DNA of 64,000 bases from NCBI GenBank assembly GCA_964016885.1, contig OZ024743.1:326182001-326246000 (forward strand), given 5' to 3'. The position numbers were made by a program, and so were the translations under genes. The stretch is from Eledone cirrhosa. Its lineage: Eukaryota. The notes beneath the pieces were generated by a model. The model was not told the DNA's origin and did no database searches. It saw only the letters and a program-made list of their open reading frames with translations. Below, piece after piece: positions 62,986 through 64,000 of the stretch. Numbering within the stretch: position 1 is the first letter of the stretch; each line of letters begins with the position of its first letter.

Positions 62986-64000
62986 ATGTAGTTTACACGT
63001 ACTCATGTATAAATCACGCCTTTTCTAGCTGGGGGGTACAGCGCATCATTTCAAATCAAGCACCAAGCCAAGAATGTTGTTTGTATCTAAAATGGAGGTG
63101 CAAATTATTCATAAGTATATATGTTGGTTAATTTCTCCTCTTCCTCTTCACCACCACCACCACCACCACCTCTTAATGCTAGCATGGAAGAGATATTGAT
63201 TTTGCCAGATGAAATCTATACATGTGTTGGAGCAAGTATATTTTACAGTTTGATAATGCCCTTCCTGCTGCTAAATCCTTCAATAATGAAATATGACCAA
63301 TAGAAGGGAAACTAAGTCAATCACTTTAGTCTGTAATGTCAAGAAGGAAGAGGTACAATGGCTACATCGGATTTTAAGACTGAAGATCTAAATTTAACTG
63401 TTACTCATTATAATTAAAACAATTTTAATGTGGTCGACCCAATGTAAACGACTATAACAGTAGTTGATCACTATAAATAATAGTTGAGAAAATTGGACAA
63501 CCTACCTTTGGTGAGGGGGAAAAGTAAACAGATGCTTGCGAGGACCCTGCATCACTTAGATGCTGAGTGTGTGTGTGTTAACTATAATGCTAAGGTGTCT
63601 CTGACCACCAATTGCAGTATTTTAGAAGATTTTAAGCCTGTAGTTAGAAATGTGAACATCCTATTGACTTAAGAAGCATTGAGAAAATTTGAAATTTATC
63701 TTTAGACATCTTTTCAAACATTTTACATTCACCTTCTCATTTGAGTTGGCTGAAAAGAAGTTGCATTGCTGACCCAACCAATGTGGAAAATTGTATGTTG
63801 AAATGGTGATGTTGATAGAGAGGAATATGTTAATTGAAGATGTGTTGCAGGATTAGCATTCTTGGAGCTCACATTGACATTTATCTCCTAAATCATATTC
63901 CATTATCGCTTTCTCTTTCTTTAGCTATGATTTCCTTCCAGCTCTTATTCACTCTCCCAATACCTTTTCTCTTTTACTCTTACTCTTCCCGTCTCTGAAT

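Overview
AT-rich eukaryotic DNA, most likely a coleoid cephalopod (octopus-type repeat landscape; inferred from the SINE/RTE families, not proven). There is no prokaryotic operon or CRISPR. The window is mostly intron or intergenic DNA packed with mobile elements: five large disrupted RTE-clade LINE copies of two families (both with a C4HC3 PHD finger inside the C-terminal part of the RT ORF), short 3' fragments of three more RTE families, one GC-rich CRE-like (restriction-like endonuclease) retrotransposon, two non-autonomous Helitrons, a hAT MITE, three TTAA-flanked MITE families and many SINEs. Two phase-compatible + strand exons (55251-55424, 61321-61812) encode the N-terminus of an unidentified host protein. 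The most unusual signal is a set of three different type-I hammerhead-ribozyme-like folds (44285-44353 +, 23066-23155 -, 25988-26063 + with two further copies). Each sits in a small inverted-repeat insert between (TA)n/(CA)n microsatellites, resembling non-autonomous Penelope-like or retrozyme-like elements. Also notable are a 48-bp SINE module expanded into a dimeric 96-bp array and a cluster of long hairpins at 23-27 kb. All folds and alignments were done by eye and boundaries are approximate.
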